Assembly: GCA_934149465.1 (NCBI GenBank)
Contig: CAKPEZ010000001.1
Location: forward strand, 135,178-199,177
Reading direction: 5' to 3'
Length of the DNA stretch: 64,000 nucleotides
DNA from: an uncultured Bacilli bacterium
Lineage (GTDB): Bacteria; Bacillota_I; Bacilli_A; RF39; UBA660
The first letter of the stretch is position 1, and each line of letters begins with the position of its first letter. Below the pieces are notes generated by a model. The model was given only the letters and a program-made list of their open reading frames with translations, ran no database searches and had not been told where the DNA came from. Of the stretch, positions 9,578-19,986 are shown piece by piece. The position numbers and the translations under genes were made by a program.

Positions 9578-10276
9578 TCATAAATCATTACGAAAAGATT
9601 TTAATTCTTTTAAAAATTCATCATCATCTTCCGTTGTAAACTCATAAGTATTATCTTGATTTAATAATTCATCCTCTTTAACATACCTAGAACTTCTACT
9701 TTTATTTTTAATTAGTTCATCATAACTAATAATTGCATCTTCTTCTTGCCTTCTTTCAAAATCAGTTAATTCAATTGTTTTAGGCTCTAAATCTTTTTCT
9801 ATTTGTTTAGAAATCTCTTCTACAAAAGATGTATTATTTTCTTCTTCATCTAGTGGTTCTTCTTCACTTTCATCTTCATAATTATCTTCTTCTAATATTT
9901 CAATTGGTTTTAATTTTTGAATCTGATCTTCATCTATATAAGAAGTTTTACCAACAGTAAGCGGAGAAGTTTGTTCTTTTGTACCTACCTCATTTAAAAC
10001 ATTTTTACTATATAAATTATTTTTAGGTTCTTTTTTTTCTTCTTCAAATTTATTTAAAACAAATTTAGGAGTATCCTTATTTATAATAGGATTTTCTTTT
10101 TTAGGCGCTTCTTCTTTTTCCTTAGATAATTTATTAATAATTTTTCTTAACTCTGCATTTTTAGATGCCAACGAAATTGACATTACTATAAGAGTTATAA
10201 TACAAACAACAATCGTAATAAATAAAACCATTTCCTCCGTCTTCATATTTTGAAAATAACTTACTAACTTGTCCAT
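9578..10276 (-). CDS. Hypothetical membrane-anchored acidic protein
   Basis: N-terminal TM followed by a Lys/Glu-rich, low-complexity region. Confidence 0.3.
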   Translation of the reverse strand: MDKLVSYFQNMKTEEMVLFITIVVCIITLIVMSISLASKNAELRKIINKLSKEKEEAPKKENPIINKDTPKFVLNKFEEEKKEPKNNLYSKNVLNEVGTKEQTSPLTVGKTSYIDEDQIQKLKPIEILEEDNYEDESEEEPLDEEENNTSFVEEISKQIEKDLEPKTIELTDFERRQEEDAIISYDELIKNKSRSSRYVKEDELLNQDNTYEFTTEDDDEFLKELKSFRNDL

Positions 10277-10280
10277 AAAT

Positions 10281-10997
10281 TCACCTCATACAACAATAAT
10301 TAATAATACTTGTAATATATATAGAAGCAGTTTCAGCACGTAAAATTCTATTTCCTAAAGAGACACTTTGAAATCCCAATTCACTTAATTTTTTCTCTTC
10401 CTTAGGAGTAATTCCACCCTCCGGACCTACTACTATAATAATTCTATCATAATTATCTATATTTTGTAAAACATTTTTTAACATTTTTGTCTTTTCGTTG
10501 ACACTAAGTACAAGTTTTAAATCTGCATCTTCTTTTTCTAAATCTTTAATAGACATGATTTTAGTAAGCTCTGGAACAGAACTTCTATGGGATTGTTCTG
10601 AAGCTTCTTTTAAAATAAGGCGCCATCTTTCTAACTTCTTTTCTTCCTTCTTAGGATCAATTTTAACAACACTTCTCTCCATGTCAAGAGGAATCAGTTT
10701 ACTTACTCCAAGTTCAGCTAATTTTTGCATCATAAAATCTTGTTTTTGTTCTTTAATCATTCCAAATGCTATTATAATTTCCTTAGATAATTCTGTATCC
10801 AATTGATTTTCTTTCTTTATTTCTATTTCTATTACTGGTGACATGCTTACAATAACGCTATTGTATTTTTTCTTATTATATACTACCATTATTTCATCAT
10901 TCTTCTTCATTCGCATTACATTCTTAATGTGATGAAGATCTTTTTCATATAAGAGGGCTTTATTACCTTTTATTTCTTTAGCAAAATAATACTGCAT
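10281..10997 (-). CDS. rsmE: 16S rRNA (uracil1498-N3)-methyltransferase
   Basis: 238 aa. PUA-like N-terminus and C-terminal SPOUT motif (IIVVGPEGGITPKEEKKL, LGNRILRAETA). Confidence 0.8.
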   Translation of the reverse strand: MQYYFAKEIKGNKALLYEKDLHHIKNVMRMKKNDEIMVVYNKKKYNSVIVSMSPVIEIEIKKENQLDTELSKEIIIAFGMIKEQKQDFMMQKLAELGVSKLIPLDMERSVVKIDPKKEEKKLERWRLILKEASEQSHRSSVPELTKIMSIKDLEKEDADLKLVLSVNEKTKMLKNVLQNIDNYDRIIIVVGPEGGITPKEEKKLSELGFQSVSLGNRILRAETASIYITSIINYCCMR

Positions 10998-11010
10998 TTA
11001 TTTCTCACTT

Positions 11011-11958
11011 TTACCTTTTTCTATTTTCTCTTTTATCTAGAAAACTATCAAGTACTGAATTAACAACATGATAGCTATAAGTACTTTCAGAAGAAACATT
11101 CCCATCCTTCTTCATATTATCTAAGCCATTTTTTAATTCCATAATAGAGCTTTTAGGAAGAATAGTCAAAGTAGCTTTTAAATATGAAGATCTATATAGC
11201 ATATCAGCATAACTATCTTTTAGTGTATATTCACTATTACGTATATCTAAAAGATGTGCAATTTGCAAAACGGCTTCTTTTCTAACATATTTATCTTTAA
11301 AGACTTTAACAAATACTAAAGGAATATCATTTTCATAAGCAAAAATATCTGTTTCATTGTATTTAAGATTTTCTAGATTATTATAATTATTTATAAAATA
11401 TTCTTCTATAGAAGGATTTTCACAAATAAAAAGATTTTTCTTTTTGATAAGAACATTTTTTAATTCTATATCTTTTTCTTCTTTTATTAAGCTATCTAAA
11501 AAACTAAGAGTATATATTCTAATCCATTTATCATAAGTTAATTGCATCTTCTGCTGATTATTAATTATTTCTCTTAAAGTAGAATCATTTTCGTAAAAAA
11601 AGCCTTGTTCTCTTAATCCTTCATACTCAGGATTTTTTCTAAAAGTATCTAAAATATTTTGAGAATTACTAACATATTTTAAATAAAGCATATCAATTAT
11701 TCTCTTGCTACATGTTAAGGATTTATTAGTTCTAGCATATTCAAGATATTTATCAATATTATCTGGCTTTATACTTAATTCATTATATTTATTTTTTTCT
11801 ACTTCTTTGGATATTTCTAAATATTCTAATTGTTTTTGGTATAAAGGAGTATCTTTCTTTCCTTCTATTTCTAAAGAAGTAAGATTTTGATAAATTGTTA
11901 AAATTGCTTCGGTAATTTGAAAAAGTTTTTTCATTTTTTCTTCTTCTAATAAAGTCAT
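11011..11958 (-). CDS. Hypothetical cytoplasmic protein
   Basis: 315 aa. No recognisable motifs. Confidence 0.3.
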   Translation of the reverse strand: MTLLEEEKMKKLFQITEAILTIYQNLTSLEIEGKKDTPLYQKQLEYLEISKEVEKNKYNELSIKPDNIDKYLEYARTNKSLTCSKRIIDMLYLKYVSNSQNILDTFRKNPEYEGLREQGFFYENDSTLREIINNQQKMQLTYDKWIRIYTLSFLDSLIKEEKDIELKNVLIKKKNLFICENPSIEEYFINNYNNLENLKYNETDIFAYENDIPLVFVKVFKDKYVRKEAVLQIAHLLDIRNSEYTLKDSYADMLYRSSYLKATLTILPKSSIMELKNGLDNMKKDGNVSSESTYSYHVVNSVLDSFLDKRENRKR

Positions 11959-12039
11959 GTCATCACCTCATTAGAGTATTATAACACTTTTTTAAGTATA
12001 AAAAAAGATCTTAAATAATAAGACCTTTAAAAATCAAAG

Positions 12040-12116
12040 TGGCGTCCCCATGGTGATTCGAACACCAGACCGTACGCTTAGAAGGCGTATGCTCTATCCA
12101 GCTGAGCTATGGGGAC
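12040..12116 (-). tRNA. tRNA-Arg (anticodon TCT)
   Basis: The reverse complement folds as a cloverleaf: GTCCCCA acceptor, AGCTGGATAGAGC D-arm, anticodon loop CTTCTAA, GTTCGAATC T-arm, encoded CCA. Confidence 0.85.
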
Positions 12117-12164
12117 AAATATGTCCTTTTTCGTCTGAACATATTCATTATACACCAACTTTTT

Positions 12165-13139
12165 TTATTTATCAAGATTTTTTAACACAGTTTTGCAAAT
12201 TTCTTGATTATTAACCGAAAAAACCACTTCATCAAGATCATATAAATCATTTAAAGATAAACTTATTGTGTAAACAACCTCTTCTAAAATATTATTATCC
12301 ATAATATCATTTAATATCATATCATTAAAATTAAGGATAATACTTTTATCTTTTACTTCATAATTAAGAAGTTTAGTATTAACGTTTAAGAAACTCATCA
12401 AATTACTTTCATATATAGGAGCACTGCTTAATTCTTCAATAATAACTTTTACCTTATCTTGTTTATCATTATTTATATACTTAGTAACTGGAACATAATA
12501 ATTAGTATCATTATAATTATTAACATAGTAAATTGTATAAGAATCAATTTCTCTAGTACTAGATAAATCATAAACTTTATTTATTCCATAGCTTTGATCA
12601 AGATAAGTAGGGAGCTTTTTGCCACTATGAGGAAGCTTATCAAAGACTTTTCCTTCAACTTTAAGAACAACTTTATCTACTCCATCAATATTAATTAATG
12701 TATAAGTAATAGCTTCTATCATTTTTTCTTCATATTTTTCGCTTATTTCTAAGATCTCTTTAGAGAAATCAACTGTTAAGATATTATTTTCATAATTTAT
12801 ATTTCTTATCTCTGTCCCAGAAGGAATTATTAAACGAAAACCATTTGGAATAATTGAAGATTTAGTTCCATCAATAATCATCCCGTTAATAAGATCAGTA
12901 GCTTTCTTAATAACATCATCACAAGCACAAGATTTAATTAAAGTTCTAGCTACATAATCACTGCTGTCAAGTAAATAAATCACAGTTTTATTATTATCAT
13001 ACTCATATTTTAATTCCTGCATAGGATTAATATCTTCTTCTTTATTAGTTGGAATAAAATATAAAAGAAGTAAAATTAATAACGTCAAAGACGCAACAGA
13101 AATTTTTCTTAAAGACATTCTTTTTAGCATCCAAAACAC
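12165..13139 (-). CDS. Membrane-anchored sporulation/germination protein (GerM-like)
   Basis: 324 aa. N-terminal TM and GFRLIIPSGTEI...ILTVDFSKE segments reminiscent of GerMN domains. Weak call. Confidence 0.35.
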   Translation of the reverse strand: MFWMLKRMSLRKISVASLTLLILLLLYFIPTNKEEDINPMQELKYEYDNNKTVIYLLDSSDYVARTLIKSCACDDVIKKATDLINGMIIDGTKSSIIPNGFRLIIPSGTEIRNINYENNILTVDFSKEILEISEKYEEKMIEAITYTLINIDGVDKVVLKVEGKVFDKLPHSGKKLPTYLDQSYGINKVYDLSSTREIDSYTIYYVNNYNDTNYYVPVTKYINNDKQDKVKVIIEELSSAPIYESNLMSFLNVNTKLLNYEVKDKSIILNFNDMILNDIMDNNILEEVVYTISLSLNDLYDLDEVVFSVNNQEICKTVLKNLDK

Positions 13140-13207
13140 CTCTAGTAATATATATGATAATAAAGAAAGATAATAACAAAAAAATACTTAATTTTACTTA
13201 AGTACTT

Positions 13208-13390
13208 TTATTCTTCTGTAACTTTTTTAGTATCTTTACCTTTGTAAAAACCACATTCTGGACAAGCACGGTGAGATCTAATCATTGCACCACAATTTGG
13301 ACATTTAACCAAACCATTTGCCTCAATCTTGTAATGAGTTCTTCTCATTCTTTTACTTGTTTTACTAACTTTTCTAAATGGTACTGCCAT
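13208..13390 (-). CDS. rpmF: 50S ribosomal protein L32
   Basis: 60 aa ([19 protein letters not shown]...CPNCG...CPECG). Confidence 0.9.
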   Translation of the reverse strand: MAVPFRKVSKTSKRMRRTHYKIEANGLVKCPNCGAMIRSHRACPECGFYKGKDTKKVTEE

Positions 13391-13394
13391 AGTA

Positions 13395-13877
13395 TCACTC
13401 CTTCCTCACATCTTCTAATAATTCACCTAAAGACAAATTACCTTTTTCTTCTAGTTCATCTTCGGCGATTACCTTCCAACCGTCTCCTTGAACTTTTATG
13501 TCTTTTATTTCACTATTAGTCACCCTCATTGGGACTTCCACTACAATATTTTGCCACAAAATTGGCATAATATCAATACTATTTTGTTGATTTTGTTCAT
13601 AATTTTGCATATTTTCTAAAATATCTAGGGAAAACTCTCTTTTTATTTTTTCTAAAGTAAGATCATCTTCTAATATCATCAAGCCAGATAAAGTTCCCTT
13701 TAAAAGAAGTTCTTCATCATAGTCAAATGTAATTACTCCATCAAACTTGGTATTTATAAGTTCATAAATACGCGTGTTTTCAAGTAATTCCTTAGGAAAT
13801 ATAACTTCATCATTAATTCTTATTTCTCTTTCTAACCTATTTAGTAATTTTGTAATATCAATATGCATATTAATCAC
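13395..13877 (-). CDS. YceD/DUF177 family protein
   Basis: 160 aa acidic protein immediately upstream of rpmF, the conserved yceD-rpmF arrangement. Confidence 0.7.
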   Translation of the reverse strand: MINMHIDITKLLNRLEREIRINDEVIFPKELLENTRIYELINTKFDGVITFDYDEELLLKGTLSGLMILEDDLTLEKIKREFSLDILENMQNYEQNQQNSIDIMPILWQNIVVEVPMRVTNSEIKDIKVQGDGWKVIAEDELEEKGNLSLGELLEDVRKE

Positions 13878-13916
13878 CGCCTTATAATTATAACTGATAT
13901 TCTAAAAAAAGGCAAG

Positions 13917-15206
13917 TTATTTTTTCTTGATTATAATACTATAATAATTAGATAAATCAATATTCTTAAGTATTTCCTTTAACTCTTTAATATTTAAACT
14001 ATCAATAACGTTAAATACATTAGAATTCAAAGTATTATCAAAGATAATATTATCCAAAATCATTTGATTAATAGATTCAACATTATCATAGGTATATAAT
14101 TCATTACTATATAAAACTTTCTTTTTCCTTTCTAAATCTTCTTCCGTTATATCAATTTTCTTAAATAATTTATTTAAACTTTCTAAAAATTCATCTGGCT
14201 TTTGTACTTCATTTAATAAAGATACCAAAACATAATCATCAGTATTAAGTACATCAATAAATGTAGTACTAGATATAATTCTATTTTTCTTAGCTTCCTC
14301 ATCAAACAAAGAAGATTCATCAATTAAAGTATTAAAAATAATATAAAGATATAAATTAAGTCTTCTTCGATCCACACTTTTTATATCATTAGCGCTTATC
14401 TTAATATTATAACTTACCTTAGGAATATCTGTATTTATATAAATTATTTCTTCTTTCTTAACTGGTTTACTAGGTTCATCTATCTTTTCTTTTAATTGTT
14501 TAACAGGATTTTCAAAGCTTTTATTTGCTTGGTTTTCTCTTACTATTTCTAATATTTCCTCTGGTTCAAAATTTCCTGTTATTATTAAAAACATATTAGA
14601 AGGATGATAAAACGTATTATAACAATCATAAAGCATATCACATGTAATATGAGAAATATCTTGAATACTTCCAGCAATACTTTCTTTTACTGTATCTTTT
14701 TTAAAGCCATTTTCTCTTATTTTATCATACATAATATTCCAAGGTCTATCATTTACCATGTTAATTTCTTGAGAAATAATTCCCTTCTCTGTTTCAACAT
14801 TTTCTTTAGTAAAGTAAGGAGCTTGCACATAATCAAGCAAATATTTTATATTTTCTTTCAAATTATTAGGACCAGTAAATTCATAAGTAGTATTTCTTAA
14901 AGACGTATGAGCATTACAAAGAGTTCCAGTTTTACTATAAAAATCAGTTGGCTGAGGATCTTCTTTTTGGACAAATACTTTATGCTCTAAAAAATGAGCT
15001 ATTCCAAAAGGTAAAGTTATTTTCTTAGATTTTCCTTTTGGAATAAAAGAACTATTTACACTACCAAATCTTGTTGTAAAAGTTACATAATTATTATGAG
15101 AAGACTTTTTAGGATAAAGATATACTTCAAGACCATTATCAAGCTTATCATAGTAAATTATTTCATTAATTTTTTCTATTTTAATCTTCTTCATCATCTT
15201 CCCCAC
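13917..15206 (-). CDS. M16-family zinc peptidase (catalytic member)
   Basis: 429 aa. Inverted zinc motif HFLEH (HxxEH) near the N-terminus. Confidence 0.7.
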   Translation of the reverse strand: MGKMMKKIKIEKINEIIYYDKLDNGLEVYLYPKKSSHNNYVTFTTRFGSVNSSFIPKGKSKKITLPFGIAHFLEHKVFVQKEDPQPTDFYSKTGTLCNAHTSLRNTTYEFTGPNNLKENIKYLLDYVQAPYFTKENVETEKGIISQEINMVNDRPWNIMYDKIRENGFKKDTVKESIAGSIQDISHITCDMLYDCYNTFYHPSNMFLIITGNFEPEEILEIVRENQANKSFENPVKQLKEKIDEPSKPVKKEEIIYINTDIPKVSYNIKISANDIKSVDRRRLNLYLYIIFNTLIDESSLFDEEAKKNRIISSTTFIDVLNTDDYVLVSLLNEVQKPDEFLESLNKLFKKIDITEEDLERKKKVLYSNELYTYDNVESINQMILDNIIFDNTLNSNVFNVIDSLNIKELKEILKNIDLSNYYSIIIKKK

Positions 15207-16452
15207 CTTCTAGTAATAATACTGTATCTAGTTTTACTTTACTAGCAACTTTCATTACATCTTCTTTGGTAATTTTTTTAAAATTTTCTTTTTTAATTTC
15301 AGAGTCATCACTACCGACTAAAACTTTAGCATAATAAGTACTAATAATTCCTCTTTGACTATCTTCTAAAGATTCTACTCCTGCTATTAAAGTCTCTTTA
15401 GCATCTTCTAATAGTTCTTCTTTAAAATTACCAAGGGCAATATTCTTTAAGCATTTCTTTATTAACTTAAGAGCTAAAGAGACATTATCGTTATCAACTC
15501 CCGAATAAATTACTAAAAGATTATCATAGGACTTAGCATCAGAGTTAATATAATAGCACAAGCTGTTTTTTTCTCTTACCGTATCAAATAAAATTGAATT
15601 ACTACTTCCACCAAACATTTCATTAAATACTTTTAATGAATACCTTCTTTCATAATCAGTTAAATTATTTATTAGGGCACAAACAGCTATTTTAGTTTGA
15701 TTAACATCATCTTTTTCATGAACAATTCTTATTCTTTTCCTTGGAGCATGATCTTTTAAGATCAAAGATGAAGCTTCTTTCTTGAAAGTTTTTACTTGAA
15801 ATTTTTCTTTAAATAATTTTTTTATTTGATCAGGTGATACTTCCCCTACTACAAATACATCTACATAATCATTATTTAGCATACTAAGATAATCTTGATA
15901 TAAACTTTGTGGAGTTATTTTTTTTAAATACTCTATATCTCCATAAGGATTATAGGAATATACTTCATCTTTATATAAAGATAATAATTTAATAATACTA
16001 TATTTAGTTTTATTATCTTTTAATGCTAGTAAATCATTTTCTAATTTAATTTTATTTCTAAGAACACTTTCTTTATTAAAAGCTTTATCCTGAACATTAG
16101 GTTTAAATATTAAAGAAAATAAAAAGTTAATGCTTTCTTCATTTAAGCCTTCTTTAGTATATTTTTCATTTAAAAAACTCATTCTAAAAGAAATATTATT
16201 ATAATTTCCTAATCTAGAACTAGTGCTATAAATTTTAATATCATATAAATCTTCTAAAGCCTTTACTAAGCTTCTTTCACTAGGATAATCATAAGAAGAA
16301 TCAATTAAAACACTTTTAAGTAAGTTCCTACTAGCAATCTCTTCTTCTTTAATTAACCTTCGAAAATTAATATCAACTGAAATAGTTTTAAAGTTACTAT
16401 TATTGATAATATGTAAATTATAAGAACCCATATTTATTTTTTGATATTCCAT
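15181..16452 (-). CDS. M16-family peptidase-like protein (non-catalytic partner)
   Basis: 423 aa. M16-like architecture without HxxEH. Overlaps the downstream M16 gene by 26 nt. Confidence 0.55.
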   Translation of the reverse strand: MEYQKINMGSYNLHIINNSNFKTISVDINFRRLIKEEEIASRNLLKSVLIDSSYDYPSERSLVKALEDLYDIKIYSTSSRLGNYNNISFRMSFLNEKYTKEGLNEESINFLFSLIFKPNVQDKAFNKESVLRNKIKLENDLLALKDNKTKYSIIKLLSLYKDEVYSYNPYGDIEYLKKITPQSLYQDYLSMLNNDYVDVFVVGEVSPDQIKKLFKEKFQVKTFKKEASSLILKDHAPRKRIRIVHEKDDVNQTKIAVCALINNLTDYERRYSLKVFNEMFGGSSNSILFDTVREKNSLCYYINSDAKSYDNLLVIYSGVDNDNVSLALKLIKKCLKNIALGNFKEELLEDAKETLIAGVESLEDSQRGIISTYYAKVLVGSDDSEIKKENFKKITKEDVMKVASKVKLDTVLLLEGGEDDEED

Positions 16453-16505
16453 TTTTATTTCTCCTATCTTTTTTTATTATGTGAACTTTTACTTTTTTTA
16501 TAAGA

Positions 16506-17213
16506 TTAATCTAAAAAAGATTCTAAAGCAAGCTCGATCATTCTATCTAAAGATTTTTCTCTTTCTATTGATGTTAAAGATTCTTTTTGATATTTAGAAT
16601 CAACAACTGTTAAAATACAAGCTGCTTCTTTATTGCAAATTTGAGCCATATGAAAAAGGGCAAAAGATTCCATTTCAGATGCTAAAAAATCATTAGAAGT
16701 ATTTTTTAATACATGAGAAATATCTGTATAAACATCAAATACATCAGAACAATAAACCTTATCTAAATGATATGGTATCTTATTTTTAATTGCAGTCTCA
16801 ATAATCTTATTATTTAATTTTTCACTAGGATACATTGTCTTATTAGAATTTCCACTAAAACAATAAGCAAATGTAGACTCACTATAAGAAGAAGATGCAA
16901 TAACTAAATCTAAAAGTTTAACTCTTCTATCTAAAGCTCCAGATGAGCCAATCCGAATAATTTTCTCTACATTATAAAATTTAAATAATTCATAAGCATA
17001 AATTCCCATACTTGGAATTCCCATTCCTGAAGCCATAATAGTAACTCTTTTACCATGATAATAACCAGTATAAGCTTTCATCCCACGAACATCATTTACT
17101 AATTCGTAATCAAATAAATATTTCTCAGCGATATAGCTTGCTCTTTTAGGATCTCCTGGCATTATTACTACATCAGCAATCTCACCTGGCATAGCCTCAT
17201 TATGAATAGTCAT
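16506..17213 (-). CDS. deoD: Purine nucleoside phosphorylase, DeoD-type
   Basis: MTIHNEAMPGEIADVVIMPGDPKRASYIAEKYL matches the DeoD N-terminus. The start is probably the second Met of ORF 16506..17237. Confidence 0.85.
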   Translation of the reverse strand: MTIHNEAMPGEIADVVIMPGDPKRASYIAEKYLFDYELVNDVRGMKAYTGYYHGKRVTIMASGMGIPSMGIYAYELFKFYNVEKIIRIGSSGALDRRVKLLDLVIASSSYSESTFAYCFSGNSNKTMYPSEKLNNKIIETAIKNKIPYHLDKVYCSDVFDVYTDISHVLKNTSNDFLASEMESFALFHMAQICNKEAACILTVVDSKYQKESLTSIEREKSLDRMIELALESFLD

Positions 17214-17249
17214 ATAATCATCTCCTTTTAAGTACAAAGACCAAAAGAA

Positions 17250-19424
17250 TTAATCTTTTGGTTCTGGTTTAACTAAAACTTCTCTAGGTTTAGATCCATT
17301 AGCAGGCCCAATAATTCCTCTTTCTTCAAGTAAATCAACAATTCTAGCTGCTCTATTATATCCTAAACGATATTTTCTTTGAATTAAAGAGGCACTTATT
17401 TTTCCAGTATTAATCGCAAAATCAACAATCTCATTATAAAGTGGATCATCATATTCATCATCACTACTATAATTATCATCAATAGGAGCATCTTCTGAAA
17501 TATTCTTAGTTAAAGAATCATCATAACTAGCTTTTTGCTGATCAATAACGAAATTAACTATTCTATTTAATTCTTCTTCACTAACATAAGCTCCCTGTAT
17601 TCTAATTGGAATATTTTCTCCCATTGGTAAAAATAACATATCTCCCTTACCAAGAAGTTTTTCTGCTCCAGTCATATCAAGAATAGTTCTAGAATCAATG
17701 CTACTACTAACAGCAAAAGATAATCTAGATGGAATATTAGCCTTAACTACTCCAGTAATTACATCTGTAGAAGGTCTTTGCGTTGCTACTATTAAATGAA
17801 TACCAGCAGCTCTTGCCATTTGCGTTATACGCATAATAGAATCCTCTACTTCCTTAGCAGCAACTAGCATCAAATCAGCAAGTTCATCAATAATAACTAC
17901 TATATAAGGAAGTTTTGGAAATTCAGGATGCTCTTTACAATATTCATTATAAGAAGCAATATTTTTACTATGAGTTTGTTCAAATACATCATATCTTCTT
18001 TCCATTTCAGCAACTATATTTTTTAAAGCAACAGAAGCTTTCTTAGGATCGGTTACAACAGGACACATCAAATGAGGAACTCCATTATACATATTTAATT
18101 CAACCTTTTTAGGATCAACCATCACAAGTTTTACTTCATCAGGTTTAGCACGCATTAAGATAGATGCGATTATGCAGTTTATACAAACTGATTTACCACT
18201 ACCAGTAGATCCCGCTATTAACATATGAGGAGTAGAATTTATTAAAGCATACTTAACATTTCCCATTATATCTTTACCAAGACCAACCATAAGAAGATTT
18301 TTCTCATTTACATCAGGTAAATAAGCCATTACTTCTTTAAAAGAGACAGAAGAAATAACTTTATTAGGAAGCTCTATTCCAATAGTATTTTTCCCTGGTA
18401 TTGGAGCTTGAATACGAACATCTTTAGCAGCAAGGGCAAGCGCTATTTCTTTTTGAATACCAAGAATTTTACTTACCTTAGTACCAGCTTTTATCTCAAG
18501 TTCATATTGTGTTACAGATGGACCAATATGACATTCAACAATTTTACCACTAATATCAAAATCATTAAGTACTCTCTCTAAAATGCTAACATTATTTTTT
18601 ACTGTATTAACATTTTCAACATTAGAGCCCTTCTTAGGATTATTAAGAAGAGTAAGTGGTGGCAATTTATAATTTAAATTCTTTTCTGGAATATCTTCTT
18701 TAAGAGGATTTTCTATCACTTCTTTTTCCTTAATTACTTCTTCCTTAGGCACTTCCTTATTCTCAAGTTCACTAGCAGAAGAAATAATTACTCTACCATC
18801 TTCACCCTTTTCTAGAGAATTTTGACTATTACTTTCTTTATCTTTATGTTTAAATAAACTATGATTGAATTCTCTTACTTTCTTAAGAATTTCTAAAATA
18901 CTAACATTTAAGAATAAAATACTACCAAGAATAATCATTCCCACTAAAACAATAACAGTTCCCTTAGTACTAAAAAGGCTTACAAAAGCAAAAGAAAAAA
19001 CTGCTCCAATAATACCACCACCGGTACTTTCAATAACATCAGCATTCTTAAAAGATATCAAAACATTATCAACGGTTTCTTTAACAATCTTCATAAAATC
19101 TAAATCATTTGCTGTTACATAATTTAAATGAAGCAAAACTAATATTGCAAAAACAAATATATATAATCCAAGTAATTTAGATGATAAGAATGAAGGCATT
19201 TCTCTTTTAATAATTAGATATAAGCCAATAATTGCAATCGTTACTAAAATAGCAGGATAAATAGTACCAACTAAAAATACAGTAAAAGAACTAATTAATC
19301 TTCCTATTACTCCATATCTACAAATTCCAATAATAGAAATCAAAATTAAAATAACTCCTGTTACTTCATTAGAACGATCAAAACCTTTCTTATTTTCATC
19401 TTTCTTAGTTTTTTTCTTACTCAT
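17250..19424 (-). CDS. ftsK: DNA translocase FtsK/SpoIIIE
   Basis: 724 aa. N-terminal TMs, Walker A GSTGSGKSV, Walker B VVIIDELADL, ATQRPS motif, C-terminal gamma domain. Confidence 0.9.
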   Translation of the reverse strand: MSKKKTKKDENKKGFDRSNEVTGVILILISIIGICRYGVIGRLISSFTVFLVGTIYPAILVTIAIIGLYLIIKREMPSFLSSKLLGLYIFVFAILVLLHLNYVTANDLDFMKIVKETVDNVLISFKNADVIESTGGGIIGAVFSFAFVSLFSTKGTVIVLVGMIILGSILFLNVSILEILKKVREFNHSLFKHKDKESNSQNSLEKGEDGRVIISSASELENKEVPKEEVIKEKEVIENPLKEDIPEKNLNYKLPPLTLLNNPKKGSNVENVNTVKNNVSILERVLNDFDISGKIVECHIGPSVTQYELEIKAGTKVSKILGIQKEIALALAAKDVRIQAPIPGKNTIGIELPNKVISSVSFKEVMAYLPDVNEKNLLMVGLGKDIMGNVKYALINSTPHMLIAGSTGSGKSVCINCIIASILMRAKPDEVKLVMVDPKKVELNMYNGVPHLMCPVVTDPKKASVALKNIVAEMERRYDVFEQTHSKNIASYNEYCKEHPEFPKLPYIVVIIDELADLMLVAAKEVEDSIMRITQMARAAGIHLIVATQRPSTDVITGVVKANIPSRLSFAVSSSIDSRTILDMTGAEKLLGKGDMLFLPMGENIPIRIQGAYVSEEELNRIVNFVIDQQKASYDDSLTKNISEDAPIDDNYSSDDEYDDPLYNEIVDFAINTGKISASLIQRKYRLGYNRAARIVDLLEERGIIGPANGSKPREVLVKPEPKD

Positions 19425-19497
19425 AATATCACCTATAATATGATTATATCATTTATTTTAAATTTATTAAATAAATAATGTAAAGAAAAAAGAGTTT

Positions 19498-19953
19498 TTA
19501 ATTACTTTGAGATAATTTTTGATAAACATCATAATTAGAATAGATAGTAATTTCTTTAATAAGAAAATCACTACGATTAATTTTATCGATCTCAGAATAT
19601 AATTCATACTTATAAAGAATATTCTTATACTCTTTTAAATACTCATCCAAAGCAAGTAAATAATTTCCCTTAGATATAGTAATTTTATTTATTTGAGCAT
19701 TAATAGAATCTCTATAATTATTATGAATTTTATAACTAATAATATGATAATCATCATTATTAAGATCTCTAAATATAGTTTCATATAAAGAAAAACTTAA
19801 TCCATTAGGATAAGACAAAGTATAAAGATCATATCTTTTACTTTCATTAAAAGAAGTAACTGTTAAAGGTTTTTTAGAATAAAAAGAATATAAACAAATA
19901 AAAATAAAGATAATAAATAAGAACGTGGCAAATTTTCGCATAATAATCACCAT
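19498..19953 (-). CDS. Hypothetical exported protein
   Basis: 151 aa with an N-terminal signal or TM segment. Confidence 0.3.
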   Translation of the reverse strand: MVIIMRKFATFLFIIFIFICLYSFYSKKPLTVTSFNESKRYDLYTLSYPNGLSFSLYETIFRDLNNDDYHIISYKIHNNYRDSINAQINKITISKGNYLLALDEYLKEYKNILYKYELYSEIDKINRSDFLIKEITIYSNYDVYQKLSQSN

Positions 19954-19986
19954 TACTATTATTATCTTTAATTTTAGATTGATACT

